Made by a program: the position numbers and the translations under genes. The notes beneath the pieces were generated by a model that did no database searches, had not been told where the DNA came from, and saw only the letters and a list, made by a program, of their open reading frames with translations. Below, piece after piece: positions 33,455 to 42,562 of a stretch of DNA of 64,000 nt. Each line of letters starts with the position of its first letter. Position 1 is the stretch's first letter. The stretch lies in NCBI GenBank assembly GCA_945890715.1, contig CAMDCX010000005.1:2478-66477 (forward strand). Direction: 5' to 3'. The DNA comes from PVC group bacterium. GTDB taxonomy: Bacteria > Verrucomicrobiota > Kiritimatiellia > CAIKKV01 > CAITUY01.

Positions 33455-35283
33455 TGAACATTCTTGGAATCAGTGCTTTTTATCACGATTCGGCCGCCGC
33501 CCTGGTGTGTGATGGAAAGATTGTTGCCGCCGCTCAGGAAGAGCGGTTTACCCGCAAAAAGCACGATGCGAATTTCCCGGTGAATGCCGCGAAGTACTGT
33601 CTTAGGGAGTTGGAAAAGCGGGGCGGGAAACTGGATGCAGTGGCCTTCTACGATAAGCCGATCCGAAAATTCGAGCGCATCCTGAAGACCTATTTCAGTA
33701 CCGCGCCTGCCGGATTGCAATCCTTCATGATGGCCATTCCTCTGTGGTTGCGCGAGAAGCTTTGGATTCCCATGGAGATTGAGGTGGCCTTGGGAAAATG
33801 TGGGATCAAAACCATGCCACCACTCTATTTTCCCGAGCATCATGAATCTCATGCCGCGAGTGCATTTTTTCCGTCCCCATTCCAACAGGCGGCCATTCTG
33901 ACGCTGGATGGTGTAGGGGAGTGGGCGACCAGCGCAATCGGGAGGGGGGATGGCAACCAGATTCAGATACTGGAAGACCTTCATTTTCCTCACTCGCTCG
34001 GGTTGCTTTATTCGGCGTTCACCTATTTCACGGGCTTCCGGGTGAATTCAGGGGAATATAAGTTGATGGGCTTGGCTCCCTATGGTGAGCCGAAATATGT
34101 GGATATCATCAAGGACAACCTGCTTGATCTTCGCGAAGACGGTTCGTTCCGGTTGAACTTGAAGTACTTCGGGTTTGTGGACGGCCTGACCATGACGAAT
34201 GACGAGTTCGCCAAATTGTTTGGTGGACCGGCTCGTACATCGGAAAGTGAAATTTCGCAGCGGGAAATGGATATTGCACGATCCATCCAGGTAGTGACCG
34301 AGGAAATTGTGATCCGGATGGCGAAGCATGCCCGGAAAATAACCGGGGAAGAGTACCTTGTCATGGCGGGCGGGGTGGCCCTGAACTGCGTGGCCAATGG
34401 GCGGCTGTTGCGGGAAGGGATTTTTAAGGATATCTGGATTCAGCCTGCGGCCGGGGATGCGGGCGGGGCCCTTGGAGCGGCGCTCATGGTGGCGTATCAG
34501 GTCGAAAAGCAGCCTCGTGTGGCCGATAATGTTCACGATGCAATGCAGGGGTCGCTACTGGGGCCGGATATCGAGGATGATGCCGTTGAGGCCTTTCTTA
34601 AAGCCAATGGGTATCCTGCGAAGAAATACGGCCCACAGGATTGGGGAACCGAGATTGCCAAAATCATTGCCGCTGAGAATGTTATCGGATTGGTGCAGGG
34701 ACGAATGGAATTCGGGCCGCGTGCCCTGGGCGGTCGTTCGATTATCGGTGATGCCCGGTCAATAAAAATGCAATCGGTGATGAATCTGAAGATCAAGTAC
34801 CGCGAATCGTTTCGTCCGTTTGCCCCGTCATGCCTGGTGGAGCGGGTAAACGACTATTTTGAGCTGGATCGCCCGTCGCCCTATATGCTGTTGGTGGCGC
34901 AGGTGCAGAAAAGCCGGTGCAGGGGGTTGGAGGATGTTGGGCGGCTTTCCATTCGTGACCGTATCAATCAATTGCGATCAGATATTCCGGCGATTACGCA
35001 TGTGGATTACTCGGCCCGGGTTCAGACCGTGTCGCCCGAAAGCAATCCCCGGTATTACGATTTGATCAAGGCGTTTGATAAACAGACCGGGTATGGGGTG
35101 ATTATCAATACCTCATTCAATGTCCGGGGCGAGCCGATTGTCTGCACGCCCGAAGATGCCTACCGCTGCTTTATGCGTACGGAGATGGATTATCTGGTGC
35201 TCGGCTCGTTTGTGTTGTCAAAGAAAGATCAGCCGCCGTGGCAGGACAAGGCAAATTGGCGAACGGAATACGCGCTAGATTAG
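33454..35283 (+). CDS. Carbamoyltransferase (NodU/CmcH/SxtI family)
   Basis: 609 aa containing MNILGISAFYHDSAAAL...AAAQEERFTRKKHD... (ASKHA-like N-terminus) and the C-terminal ...DGSARVQTV...INTSFNVRGEPIV... pattern typical of the family. Confidence 0.85.
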   Translation: MNILGISAFYHDSAAALVCDGKIVAAAQEERFTRKKHDANFPVNAAKYCLRELEKRGGKLDAVAFYDKPIRKFERILKTYFSTAPAGLQSFMMAIPLWLREKLWIPMEIEVALGKCGIKTMPPLYFPEHHESHAASAFFPSPFQQAAILTLDGVGEWATSAIGRGDGNQIQILEDLHFPHSLGLLYSAFTYFTGFRVNSGEYKLMGLAPYGEPKYVDIIKDNLLDLREDGSFRLNLKYFGFVDGLTMTNDEFAKLFGGPARTSESEISQREMDIARSIQVVTEEIVIRMAKHARKITGEEYLVMAGGVALNCVANGRLLREGIFKDIWIQPAAGDAGGALGAALMVAYQVEKQPRVADNVHDAMQGSLLGPDIEDDAVEAFLKANGYPAKKYGPQDWGTEIAKIIAAENVIGLVQGRMEFGPRALGGRSIIGDARSIKMQSVMNLKIKYRESFRPFAPSCLVERVNDYFELDRPSPYMLLVAQVQKSRCRGLEDVGRLSIRDRINQLRSDIPAITHVDYSARVQTVSPESNPRYYDLIKAFDKQTGYGVIINTSFNVRGEPIVCTPEDAYRCFMRTEMDYLVLGSFVLSKKDQPPWQDKANWRTEYALD

Positions 35284-35291
35284 AGGATACA

Positions 35292-35456
35292 ATGATTTTC
35301 TTTAAGCATCTTGGTCGATTACTGAAGGAATTCTGGAGTTTTGCCTGGCACAACAAGGCATGGTGGATTATTCCCGTTGTGCTGGTACTTCTCTTGCTAG
35401 GGGTCTTTATTGTGGCCGGCCAAACCGTGGCGCCCTTCATCTATACATTATTCTGA
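35292..35456 (+). CDS. DUF5989-like small membrane protein
   Basis: 54 aa from the ATG at 35292, with a GAGGA SD. The sequence is MIFFKHLGRLLKEFWSFAWHNKAWWIIPVVLVLLLLGVFIVAGQTVAPFIYTLF; the ...APFIYTLF ending is characteristic. Confidence 0.55.
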   Translation: MIFFKHLGRLLKEFWSFAWHNKAWWIIPVVLVLLLLGVFIVAGQTVAPFIYTLF

Positions 35457-36161
35457 GACAATCTGGCTGGCGTCGAGTCTGATCAGATACCGTTTTCGAT
35501 ACCAAATGAATCCGAACAGGTCAAAAATCGTCCGGGGCAGGCGTTTCATATTGGTATATTTAGACGTTCCCATGGTTCGTGCCCGATGATCCACAGCCAG
35601 TTCTTTGATGGAGCGTCCATTGAGTTTGAAATAGGCCGGCATGAACCGGTGAACGCCTTCCACATGAGGGAGATCTGCTACGCAGGCCTTCCGGAATACC
35701 TTCAGGCTACATCCGGTGTCGCGGATCCCATCATGAGTGGCCCAGTTTCGAACCCGGTTTGCGAGGCGTGACCCAACGCGTCGAGCCCAAGTGTCTTTGC
35801 GCTTGGCGCGAAATCCGCAGACGGCGTCGGCCTCCTTAAGTTCAGCGAGCATTCGGGGAATATCGGCGGGATTGTTCTGCATATCGCCGTCGATGGTCAC
35901 CAGAATATCTCCTGCAGCAAGTTGCAACCCTACCAGCATGGCGTGGCTTTGGCCGCGATTGGGGGAGTAACGCAGGCCCCTCACGCTCGTGTACCGCGCT
36001 TTCGCTTCCTGGATGCGAGCCCAGGTCTGGTCACGGCTTCCGTCATCGACAAAGAGCACTTCCAATTCCGGGATGACCGTGCTCAGCCGGTGCATTTCCT
36101 CGGCGAGGGGAAGGACATTATCCTGTTCATTATAGACCGGCACCACGATGGAAACTTTCAT
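35448..36161 (-). CDS. GT2 polyprenol-phosphate glycosyltransferase (DPM1/ArnC/GtrB-like)
   Basis: 237 aa containing VSIVVPVYNE, FVDDGSRD and TIDGDMQNNP (DxD), plus a C-terminal amphipathic/TM tail. Confidence 0.8.
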   Translation of the reverse strand: MKVSIVVPVYNEQDNVLPLAEEMHRLSTVIPELEVLFVDDGSRDQTWARIQEAKARYTSVRGLRYSPNRGQSHAMLVGLQLAAGDILVTIDGDMQNNPADIPRMLAELKEADAVCGFRAKRKDTWARRVGSRLANRVRNWATHDGIRDTGCSLKVFRKACVADLPHVEGVHRFMPAYFKLNGRSIKELAVDHRARTMGTSKYTNMKRLPRTIFDLFGFIWYRKRYLIRLDASQIVSE

Positions 36162-36324
36162 AACAGTCCTTTATTTCAGTCGCTTCGGTTTAGTCTTATC
36201 ACGACTGGAGGATGTAATTCCAGTCCTGATTCCCGGCTTTGTCTTATCGTTTTTCTGATCCGAAATTGCTTTTTGCGCCGATGTCCCGCTATAGTCCACT
36301 AACTCAACGAAAGGGCGATGTTTC

Positions 36325-36972
36325 ATGAAGGTATCGGTGCTGATGAATTTGGCTGTTGTGGTGATGATGGGGATGGTGACCGGTTGTGAATTGGGTGGGG
36401 GTGGCGGTGGGAGTGGGGGCGGTGACCTTGGAAATATCGGGGATAACAATCCGAACCTTTATGTCGCGTTGGGGGATAGCACCACCGACGGTAATAACGG
36501 GGGCGGAGATCCGTATCCGCCTCGTTTGGCGGCAATGACCGGGAAAACTGTCAACAATATGGCGGCCCAGGATGAGTCATCCGGTGGCGCTCTTTCGAAA
36601 GTGAGCGGAATTCTAGCCAATCAAAAACCAGCGGCAGTGTTGTTTCAATTGGGTGCCGTGGATTTGATCGGTGGACGGAGTATCGATAGTATCATCGCCA
36701 ACCTGCGCTCCATTATCCAGCAGTGCAAGGCGAATAAGACCGTTCCCGTGGTGGCGACCCTGCAACCCATGATTGGTCTTCACGGCCGGTGGAGTCAGGT
36801 GACTAAGGATTTGAATAACCAGATCCGAAGCTTGGCGTCCTCCGAGGGGGCCCGTCTGGCGGATGTTGAATCCAAATTCGGAGATGGGGCCGGCTTGATC
36901 CTAGGCGACGGGCTTCATCCGAATGAGGAAGGCAATCAACGGATGGCCGAGGCGTTTAACGACGTTCTTTAA
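36325..36972 (+). CDS. SGNH/GDSL-family hydrolase lipoprotein
   Basis: Has a lipobox (MVTGC) followed by a Gly-rich linker. Block I is ALGDSTTDG and block V is GDGLHPNEEG. Confidence 0.7.
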   Translation: MKVSVLMNLAVVVMMGMVTGCELGGGGGGSGGGDLGNIGDNNPNLYVALGDSTTDGNNGGGDPYPPRLAAMTGKTVNNMAAQDESSGGALSKVSGILANQKPAAVLFQLGAVDLIGGRSIDSIIANLRSIIQQCKANKTVPVVATLQPMIGLHGRWSQVTKDLNNQIRSLASSEGARLADVESKFGDGAGLILGDGLHPNEEGNQRMAEAFNDVL

Positions 36973-38078
36973 TGGCTGATGATTCCGCTGCCGAGAACAA
37001 GGTCGTTGTCGTAATATACGACGACCTGTCCCGGGGTGATGGACATCTGAGGTTCATTAAAAATGGTCTCAACGCGACCTGAGTCGGAGCCCACCTGAAT
37101 GATTCCCTGAGCCTCCTTGTGCTGCTGCCTGATCTTGGCTTGAATCCGCATTGGTTCCGGCGGGGGGGCGGCAAGACTGACCCAGTTCATGTCCATGGCG
37201 GACAGCCGGATTGAATAAAGATCCGAGTGGGCCCCGACAACAATGGTGTTGGAGCAGGCATCAAGACGGATTACATAAAGCGGATCTGCAGTGCCGCCAA
37301 TGCCGAGCCCCTTTCGTTGTCCCACCGTGTAATGAACAATTCCCCGATGCTGTCCCAGTACTGTGCCTTTTGTATCCACAATCGGTCCGGGGGGTTGTTC
37401 CTGATCGCTAAAGAGGACCCCATAGTCCTTGCTTTCGATGAAATTCTGGCTTTCCGGCTTGTCGGCCACGTCGTCCCAGCCAATTTCGCGGGCGATGGCT
37501 TTGACTTCCGGCTTGGTCATGCCACCTAACGGAAAAAGGACCTGGCTGAGCTGAATCTGGGATAGCCGGGACAGGAAATACGTCTGATCCTTGGCGGGAT
37601 CCAAAGCGCGGCGCAATTGCCAGCGGCCGGAGACAGATTCCTGATCCACCCGGGCGTAATGCCCGGTGGCAAACTTGTCGAAGGTGATGCCCATGGCGCG
37701 TGCCCGATCCAGGAGAAGTCCGAACTTCATGGTTCGATTGCAGCGGACGCAGGGATTGGGCGTGCGGCCAGCGCGGTATTCTTCGCGGAAGTAATCAAGA
37801 ACCTCCGTTGCGTATTCCGGGGCAAGCGGCACAACATGATGGGGGATATCAAGCCGTGCGGCAAGTTCCCGGGCGGCTTCGATGTCGCGAGGCTCGCCGG
37901 GTCCGTAGCACCCTGAGCGCCCTTCGTCCGCCAAGGGAAGGGAGCCGTCCCATATCTGCATGGTCAGCCCGATGACAGTATGCCCCTGCTGCTTAAGAAG
38001 CCAGGCGGCAACAGAAGAGTCAACTCCTCCGCTCAGCCCGACGGCAATGGTCAATTTTTTGGATTTCTGATGTGACAT
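36969..38078 (-). CDS. mnmA: tRNA 2-thiouridine(34) synthase
   Basis: 369 aa containing the PP-loop GLSGGVDSSVAAWLL, ...NPCVRCN... and ...KDQTYFL.... Confidence 0.9.
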   Translation of the reverse strand: MSHQKSKKLTIAVGLSGGVDSSVAAWLLKQQGHTVIGLTMQIWDGSLPLADEGRSGCYGPGEPRDIEAARELAARLDIPHHVVPLAPEYATEVLDYFREEYRAGRTPNPCVRCNRTMKFGLLLDRARAMGITFDKFATGHYARVDQESVSGRWQLRRALDPAKDQTYFLSRLSQIQLSQVLFPLGGMTKPEVKAIAREIGWDDVADKPESQNFIESKDYGVLFSDQEQPPGPIVDTKGTVLGQHRGIVHYTVGQRKGLGIGGTADPLYVIRLDACSNTIVVGAHSDLYSIRLSAMDMNWVSLAAPPPEPMRIQAKIRQQHKEAQGIIQVGSDSGRVETIFNEPQMSITPGQVVVYYDNDLVLGSGIISH

Positions 38079-38194
38079 CTACCCAGTATAATCGGCTTTC
38101 CCCTTAATTGTCGATTGCCTGTTGAACCCCTGGTGCCGTCTTTGCTAGAGTGACGCCCGTTGATTCTGGAAGCCGTATTGTGAAAGGAAAGTCC

Positions 38195-38716
38195 ATGAGT
38201 ATTCGGAAGTTAAAAGCGGCGGTTCGTGATGTGCCTGATTTTCCAAAACCCGGGATTATGTTCAAGGATATCACTCCGATTCTCAAGGATCCCAAGCTTT
38301 TTCGTGCGGCGGTCGATTTGTTTGCCAAACGCCATCGCGATAAGGGAATCCGGAAAATTGCCGTTATCGATGCCCGGGGATTTCTTTTTGGATCGGCGCT
38401 GGCCTACAAACTCAAGGCCGGCCTTGTGCCCATCCGGAAAAAGGGGAAACTACCCTACCAGTCCTTTGAGGAGAGTTATGACCTGGAGTATGGTTCGGCC
38501 ACGCTGACCCTTCATGTGGATGCCTTTGAGCCAGGGGAGCCTGTGCTGTTGATTGACGACCTTCTTGCAACCGGTGGCACCGCGCTGGCTTCCGCGAAAT
38601 TAATTGAGCGGGCGGGCGGGAAGATTGTGGAGATTGATTTTTTAATCGAGTTGGGATTCCTGAACGGCCGAGCAAAATTGGCCGGATATGATCTCTTCGC
38701 TCCGATTAAGTATTAG
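38195..38716 (+). CDS. apt: Adenine phosphoribosyltransferase
   Basis: The start was re-set to the ATG at 38195. Contains ...VPDFPKPGIMFKDITPIL... and the PRPP loop LLIDDLLATGGTA. Confidence 0.9.
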   Translation: MSIRKLKAAVRDVPDFPKPGIMFKDITPILKDPKLFRAAVDLFAKRHRDKGIRKIAVIDARGFLFGSALAYKLKAGLVPIRKKGKLPYQSFEESYDLEYGSATLTLHVDAFEPGEPVLLIDDLLATGGTALASAKLIERAGGKIVEIDFLIELGFLNGRAKLAGYDLFAPIKY

Positions 38717-39270
38717 CGCCGGGCGATGGCGACTACGAAAACCATGGCGACCATCAGTAGGCAGACGATGGCGCTTTGCCACCCCTGAACCTCGTTTTGT
38801 GACGACGATGCCTTTTGCTCTGCAATCGTTTTGACCACATGTTGCATGATGGCATCCATTTCGTTTGTTTTCGGAGAGACGGGCTGCAAATCATTGAGAA
38901 AAACATCAATTCCTGTATGGAGTTGGGTGTTGTGCCATCGGATCCTCATATCGTTTTTCTGTAATTCAGACTCGAGAATTTCAATATCCAGATTATAAAG
39001 ACGTTCTGAAATCCGGCTTATTATTCCGAATTCATTGGTTTTTTCAAACCATGCTCCTGACATCCCCCTTGAATCGGGGTTCTGTCGAATACTGAACCAG
39101 ACGAAAGGACTGTTCGTGGCGGCGATTCCCTCGAGTTCCCCGGAAGACGCCTGAGCGATGTCAGTCGTTTCAATTTTCAATGGGGCTGATTCTGCCGGAA
39201 AATGAGCCCTCAAGAGTGTGAGCACGACGAGGCTGGCTCCCAGCGACTCTCTCAGTTTTTGCGTGACCAT
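38713..39270 (-). CDS. Hypothetical secreted protein with a C-terminal hydrophobic anchor
   Basis: 185 aa with an N-terminal signal-like segment and a C-terminus ...QGWQSAIVCLLMVAMVFVVAIARR. It overlaps the DJ-1 gene end by 19 nt. No family was recognised. Confidence 0.4.
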   Translation of the reverse strand: MVTQKLRESLGASLVVLTLLRAHFPAESAPLKIETTDIAQASSGELEGIAATNSPFVWFSIRQNPDSRGMSGAWFEKTNEFGIISRISERLYNLDIEILESELQKNDMRIRWHNTQLHTGIDVFLNDLQPVSPKTNEMDAIMQHVVKTIAEQKASSSQNEVQGWQSAIVCLLMVAMVFVVAIARR

Positions 39271-39821
39271 GAATTCTCCCCAAGAACGATGCTGTCGGCG
39301 ATGGCTCGTGCTTTTTTGGGGCCCTCGACCAGTTGAATCATCGTCAGGGCGAATTCAAATGTGGTTCCGGCGCCCTGGCTGGTGACGATTCGCCCATCCA
39401 GAACAGTCGGTTTGTTCAGACGCGGCGTGCTGGTCAGGCGGGCGGCCACGCCGGGATGACAGGTCGCTTTCTTTCCAGTCAGAATGCCGGCGGCTTGAAG
39501 CGTCAAGGGGGCGGCACAGATGGCGCCGATCCATTTTTCGTCATTGTAAAATTGCCGGATTGTTTCAAGGAGCGGCTCGAATTGAAGGAACCTCTCCACG
39601 CCAGGCCCGCCGCCGGGAATCATTAGAATATCGAAATCCGGAGGATTGATCTCGCGCCACGCCTTGTCCGGCATCAGGCGCACCCCGCGTGCGGCGGTGA
39701 TCAGCCCGTCATTCACCCCGGCGACCACGACCGTCCATTGAGCGCGGCGGAGGACATCAATGATGATGATGGCCTCCATTTCCTCGGTGCCGTTGGCGAT
39801 CGGAACCAGAACGTTAGGCAT
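39252..39821 (-). CDS. DJ-1/PfpI-family protein
   Basis: The start was re-set to the ATG at 39821 (MPNVLVPIANGTEEMEA...). Contains the nucleophile-elbow motif ...WIGAICAAP.... Confidence 0.8.
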   Translation of the reverse strand: MPNVLVPIANGTEEMEAIIIIDVLRRAQWTVVVAGVNDGLITAARGVRLMPDKAWREINPPDFDILMIPGGGPGVERFLQFEPLLETIRQFYNDEKWIGAICAAPLTLQAAGILTGKKATCHPGVAARLTSTPRLNKPTVLDGRIVTSQGAGTTFEFALTMIQLVEGPKKARAIADSIVLGENSWSRKN

Positions 39822-39832
39822 GATAGGAGTCC

Positions 39833-40528
39833 TTAATCGTTCCGCCGGCCGCCCAGCAGGCCGGACCGGAAGAGATAGTAGAGAAGGGTGAGCAGGGCGG
39901 TGACCGCGGAAGCCACGTAGGTCAGGAAGGCGGCATTCAGGACACGGGCGGCGTCCTCCTGTTCCTGATAAGTGACGATTCCCGACATGACCATCAGGCG
40001 CTTGGCCCGGGCGCTGGCGTCCCATTCAACCGGAAGGGTGATAATGGAAAAGACGACGGTGATGCTGAATAGGATGATTCCGATCAGATACATCTTGGGA
40101 TTGTTCATGAACATTCCCAGCAGAAAGAAGATATACGAGCCCATGCTGCCGAACTGGGTTGCGGGCACCAGGGCGGAACGCAGCCCGAGCCACATATAGG
40201 CCGATGCGTGTTGAAGGGCATGACCCGCCTCGTGGCAGGCCACACCAATGGCCGACAGGGATGGTGAGTCATAGACACCGGAAGACAGGCGGAGCGTTCG
40301 CGAGGTCGGGTCATAGTGGTCGCTCAGGAACCCGTCGGCCCGTTCAATGGTGACATTGGTTACCCCGTTTTTGGACAGCATGAGGCGCGCGGCCTGAGCT
40401 CCCGTGAGCCCTGAACCAGAGGATATTTTCGAGTAACGGGCAAATGTCGACTTGACCTTGTATGTGGCGATAAGGGCAAAGATCATCCCCGGCGCAACGA
40501 ACAAGAGATAAATTGGATCGAAAAACAT
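39833..40528 (-). CDS. Putative neutral zinc metallopeptidase (Zn_peptidase_2 family), membrane-associated
   Basis: 231 aa containing ...IGVACHEAGHALQH... (HExxH) and flanking TM segments, typical of the PF04298 family. Confidence 0.8.
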   Translation of the reverse strand: MFFDPIYLLFVAPGMIFALIATYKVKSTFARYSKISSGSGLTGAQAARLMLSKNGVTNVTIERADGFLSDHYDPTSRTLRLSSGVYDSPSLSAIGVACHEAGHALQHASAYMWLGLRSALVPATQFGSMGSYIFFLLGMFMNNPKMYLIGIILFSITVVFSIITLPVEWDASARAKRLMVMSGIVTYQEQEDAARVLNAAFLTYVASAVTALLTLLYYLFRSGLLGGRRND

Positions 40529-40634
40529 GGCTAAATCCTTTCAATATTCCTGGAAGAGGTATTTCAAACACTTTTGGCATTAAACCAAAACGGGCGGATT
40601 TTGACAAGCGCATGACCGTACATCCTCCAAGGTG

Positions 40635-40681
40635 GATCGCGACCTCCGGGCGCGATCAGACGCCGCCCGGAGGTCGGCGTC
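40635..40681. repeat. Two adjacent 23-nt hairpins with mutually complementary loops
   Basis: Read directly: GATCGCGacctccgggCGCGATC a GACGCCGcccggaggtCGGCGTC. The second unit is approximately the reverse complement of the first. Confidence 0.6.
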
Positions 40682-40699
40682 CACCCTGTGGATTTGAGG

Positions 40700-42559
40700 T
40701 TAAATCAGGACCATCACAAAATCCGTGGGCAGGGTGGGGGCGGGTACAGGGATGTCAAACCACTCCTGAAGGGCGAAATCCAGACCGACATGATTCATGT
40801 AGTTATAGAGCGCTTTTCGCAAGCCCCTGCCCAGAAAGTCATGGTCACAGGGGATGGAGTCCGTAAAAGGGATTTCGTTGCAGGCGAAGGTCGGTTTTGG
40901 ACGGCGCGGAATCTGGATGCCGTAATGATTGGGATTCTTAAAGATGGGGCTATGGATTGTCAGGGCGAAGCGGTGCCAGTAGGCAGACTGAATGCATCCG
41001 GCTTCGAACAATTGGCGCACAAACTCCAGAGAATCGACGGTGTCCTGCTCCGTTTGGGAGGGACATCCGTACATCAGGTACGCATGTACCAGTATCCCTG
41101 CTTCGGCAAAGTCGTGGGTAACTTTGGCAGCCTGATCCAGGGTGAATCCCTTGTCGAGGAGTGAGAGCAACCGGTTGGTGGCGGCTTCCAGTCCGCCGGT
41201 CACGGCAATGCAGCCGGCCTTCGCCATGAGTTTTGCCAGTTCGGAGGTAAAAGCCTTGTCGAACCGGATATTGCCCCACCAGGTAATCCGGAGTTTCCGT
41301 TTGATCAATTCCGTGCAGAGCGCTCGCAAAAGGGCTGGCGGCATGGCTTCATCAATAAAATGAAATCCGGTTCTCCCCGTTTGGGTAATTACGGTTACAA
41401 TTTGCTGAATCAGCAGACTAACGGAGGTGGGGGAATAACGCTGAATATAGTCGAGTTGTGTGTCGCAAAAGGCACAGCGATGCCAGTAGCAGCCGTGAGC
41501 CAGCATGAGTTTATTCCAGTGCCCGCAGGACCATATCCGGTGCATCGGGTTGGGGGATTCGATCATGGAGATGTAGTTTTTGAGAGGGAGGGGGGAGAAG
41601 CGGGGAATCGTTGATTTTGGAGTGTGGATTATTGATTTTTGGGGAGAGGAGATGTATTGGACGCGCCTTTTGGGGCGGATGAATGTGCGAACGAGATCGG
41701 ATGTGGCGGCCCGTCCTTCGAGATGATCAATAATTCGAAGCAGGGGAAGTTCGCCGTCATCGAGAGTCAGGTAGTCGGTATAATCAAAAATGCGCGGGTC
41801 GGACAGGGAGCGAAGTTCCGTGTTCACATAGCCGCCGCCCATGACAATCGGAATTCCTGGTACGGCGCATTTCATTGCCTGCGCCATGCGCAGGGCTCCG
41901 TATACGTTTCCCGGAAAAGGCAGGGTGAAGCCGACAAGCTGGGGATGGTGTTGGTCTATCAGGTCATGAGCAAGGGTTTCGATAAGAGCATCCACCAGAG
42001 TTGGTTTACGGCGCAAGGCCGCGGCGATCCCCTCAAAGCTGGGGGCACTGGCGGCCAGCTTTTCTCCATAGCGCGCCAACTCGAAACGGGAATCCAGTCC
42101 GTCGCGAATGGCATCAGCAAGGTCATCCAGGTAAAGACTGGCCAGATGGGTGGCGAAGTCGCGTTTTGACAGCGAATTGGCTGTTGCAGATCTGTTCGTC
42201 GCGGCGTTTTGGAGTGGGGCAAAACGGGGGCCTTCGGGGAGGAATTTACGGGAAAGTATCCGGATTTCCAGGGAAGGAGAGTGTCCCTGAAGGAATTGGA
42301 TGACGGGCTCAATGGTGTCGGCAATGGCGCGACTGTGATGCAAGAAATGACGAACGCTGGCGGGGCGGGATCGGGCTTTTAGAGCCTTTCGAATGCTGAT
42401 GACGCCCTGACGTGAAAAGAGGCGAAGGGCGAGCATCAAGGCGGCATCGGCTTGACGGACATCATGACCCTGCGGCTCAAGAAAACCTGCGAGGCAGGGG
42501 GTGGCCGGGTAGGGTGCATTGATTTGCACCATAGGGGGTGTGATAAGCAGAACACGCAT
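40700..42559 (-). CDS. B12-binding-domain radical SAM protein
   Basis: 619 aa. The N-terminal Rossmann-like part is MRVLLITPP.... The Cys cluster is GCYWHRCAFCD (nt 41465-41491). The remainder has radical SAM TIM-barrel features. Confidence 0.8.
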   Translation of the reverse strand: MRVLLITPPMVQINAPYPATPCLAGFLEPQGHDVRQADAALMLALRLFSRQGVISIRKALKARSRPASVRHFLHHSRAIADTIEPVIQFLQGHSPSLEIRILSRKFLPEGPRFAPLQNAATNRSATANSLSKRDFATHLASLYLDDLADAIRDGLDSRFELARYGEKLAASAPSFEGIAAALRRKPTLVDALIETLAHDLIDQHHPQLVGFTLPFPGNVYGALRMAQAMKCAVPGIPIVMGGGYVNTELRSLSDPRIFDYTDYLTLDDGELPLLRIIDHLEGRAATSDLVRTFIRPKRRVQYISSPQKSIIHTPKSTIPRFSPLPLKNYISMIESPNPMHRIWSCGHWNKLMLAHGCYWHRCAFCDTQLDYIQRYSPTSVSLLIQQIVTVITQTGRTGFHFIDEAMPPALLRALCTELIKRKLRITWWGNIRFDKAFTSELAKLMAKAGCIAVTGGLEAATNRLLSLLDKGFTLDQAAKVTHDFAEAGILVHAYLMYGCPSQTEQDTVDSLEFVRQLFEAGCIQSAYWHRFALTIHSPIFKNPNHYGIQIPRRPKPTFACNEIPFTDSIPCDHDFLGRGLRKALYNYMNHVGLDFALQEWFDIPVPAPTLPTDFVMVLI

Positions 42560-42562
42560 AAA

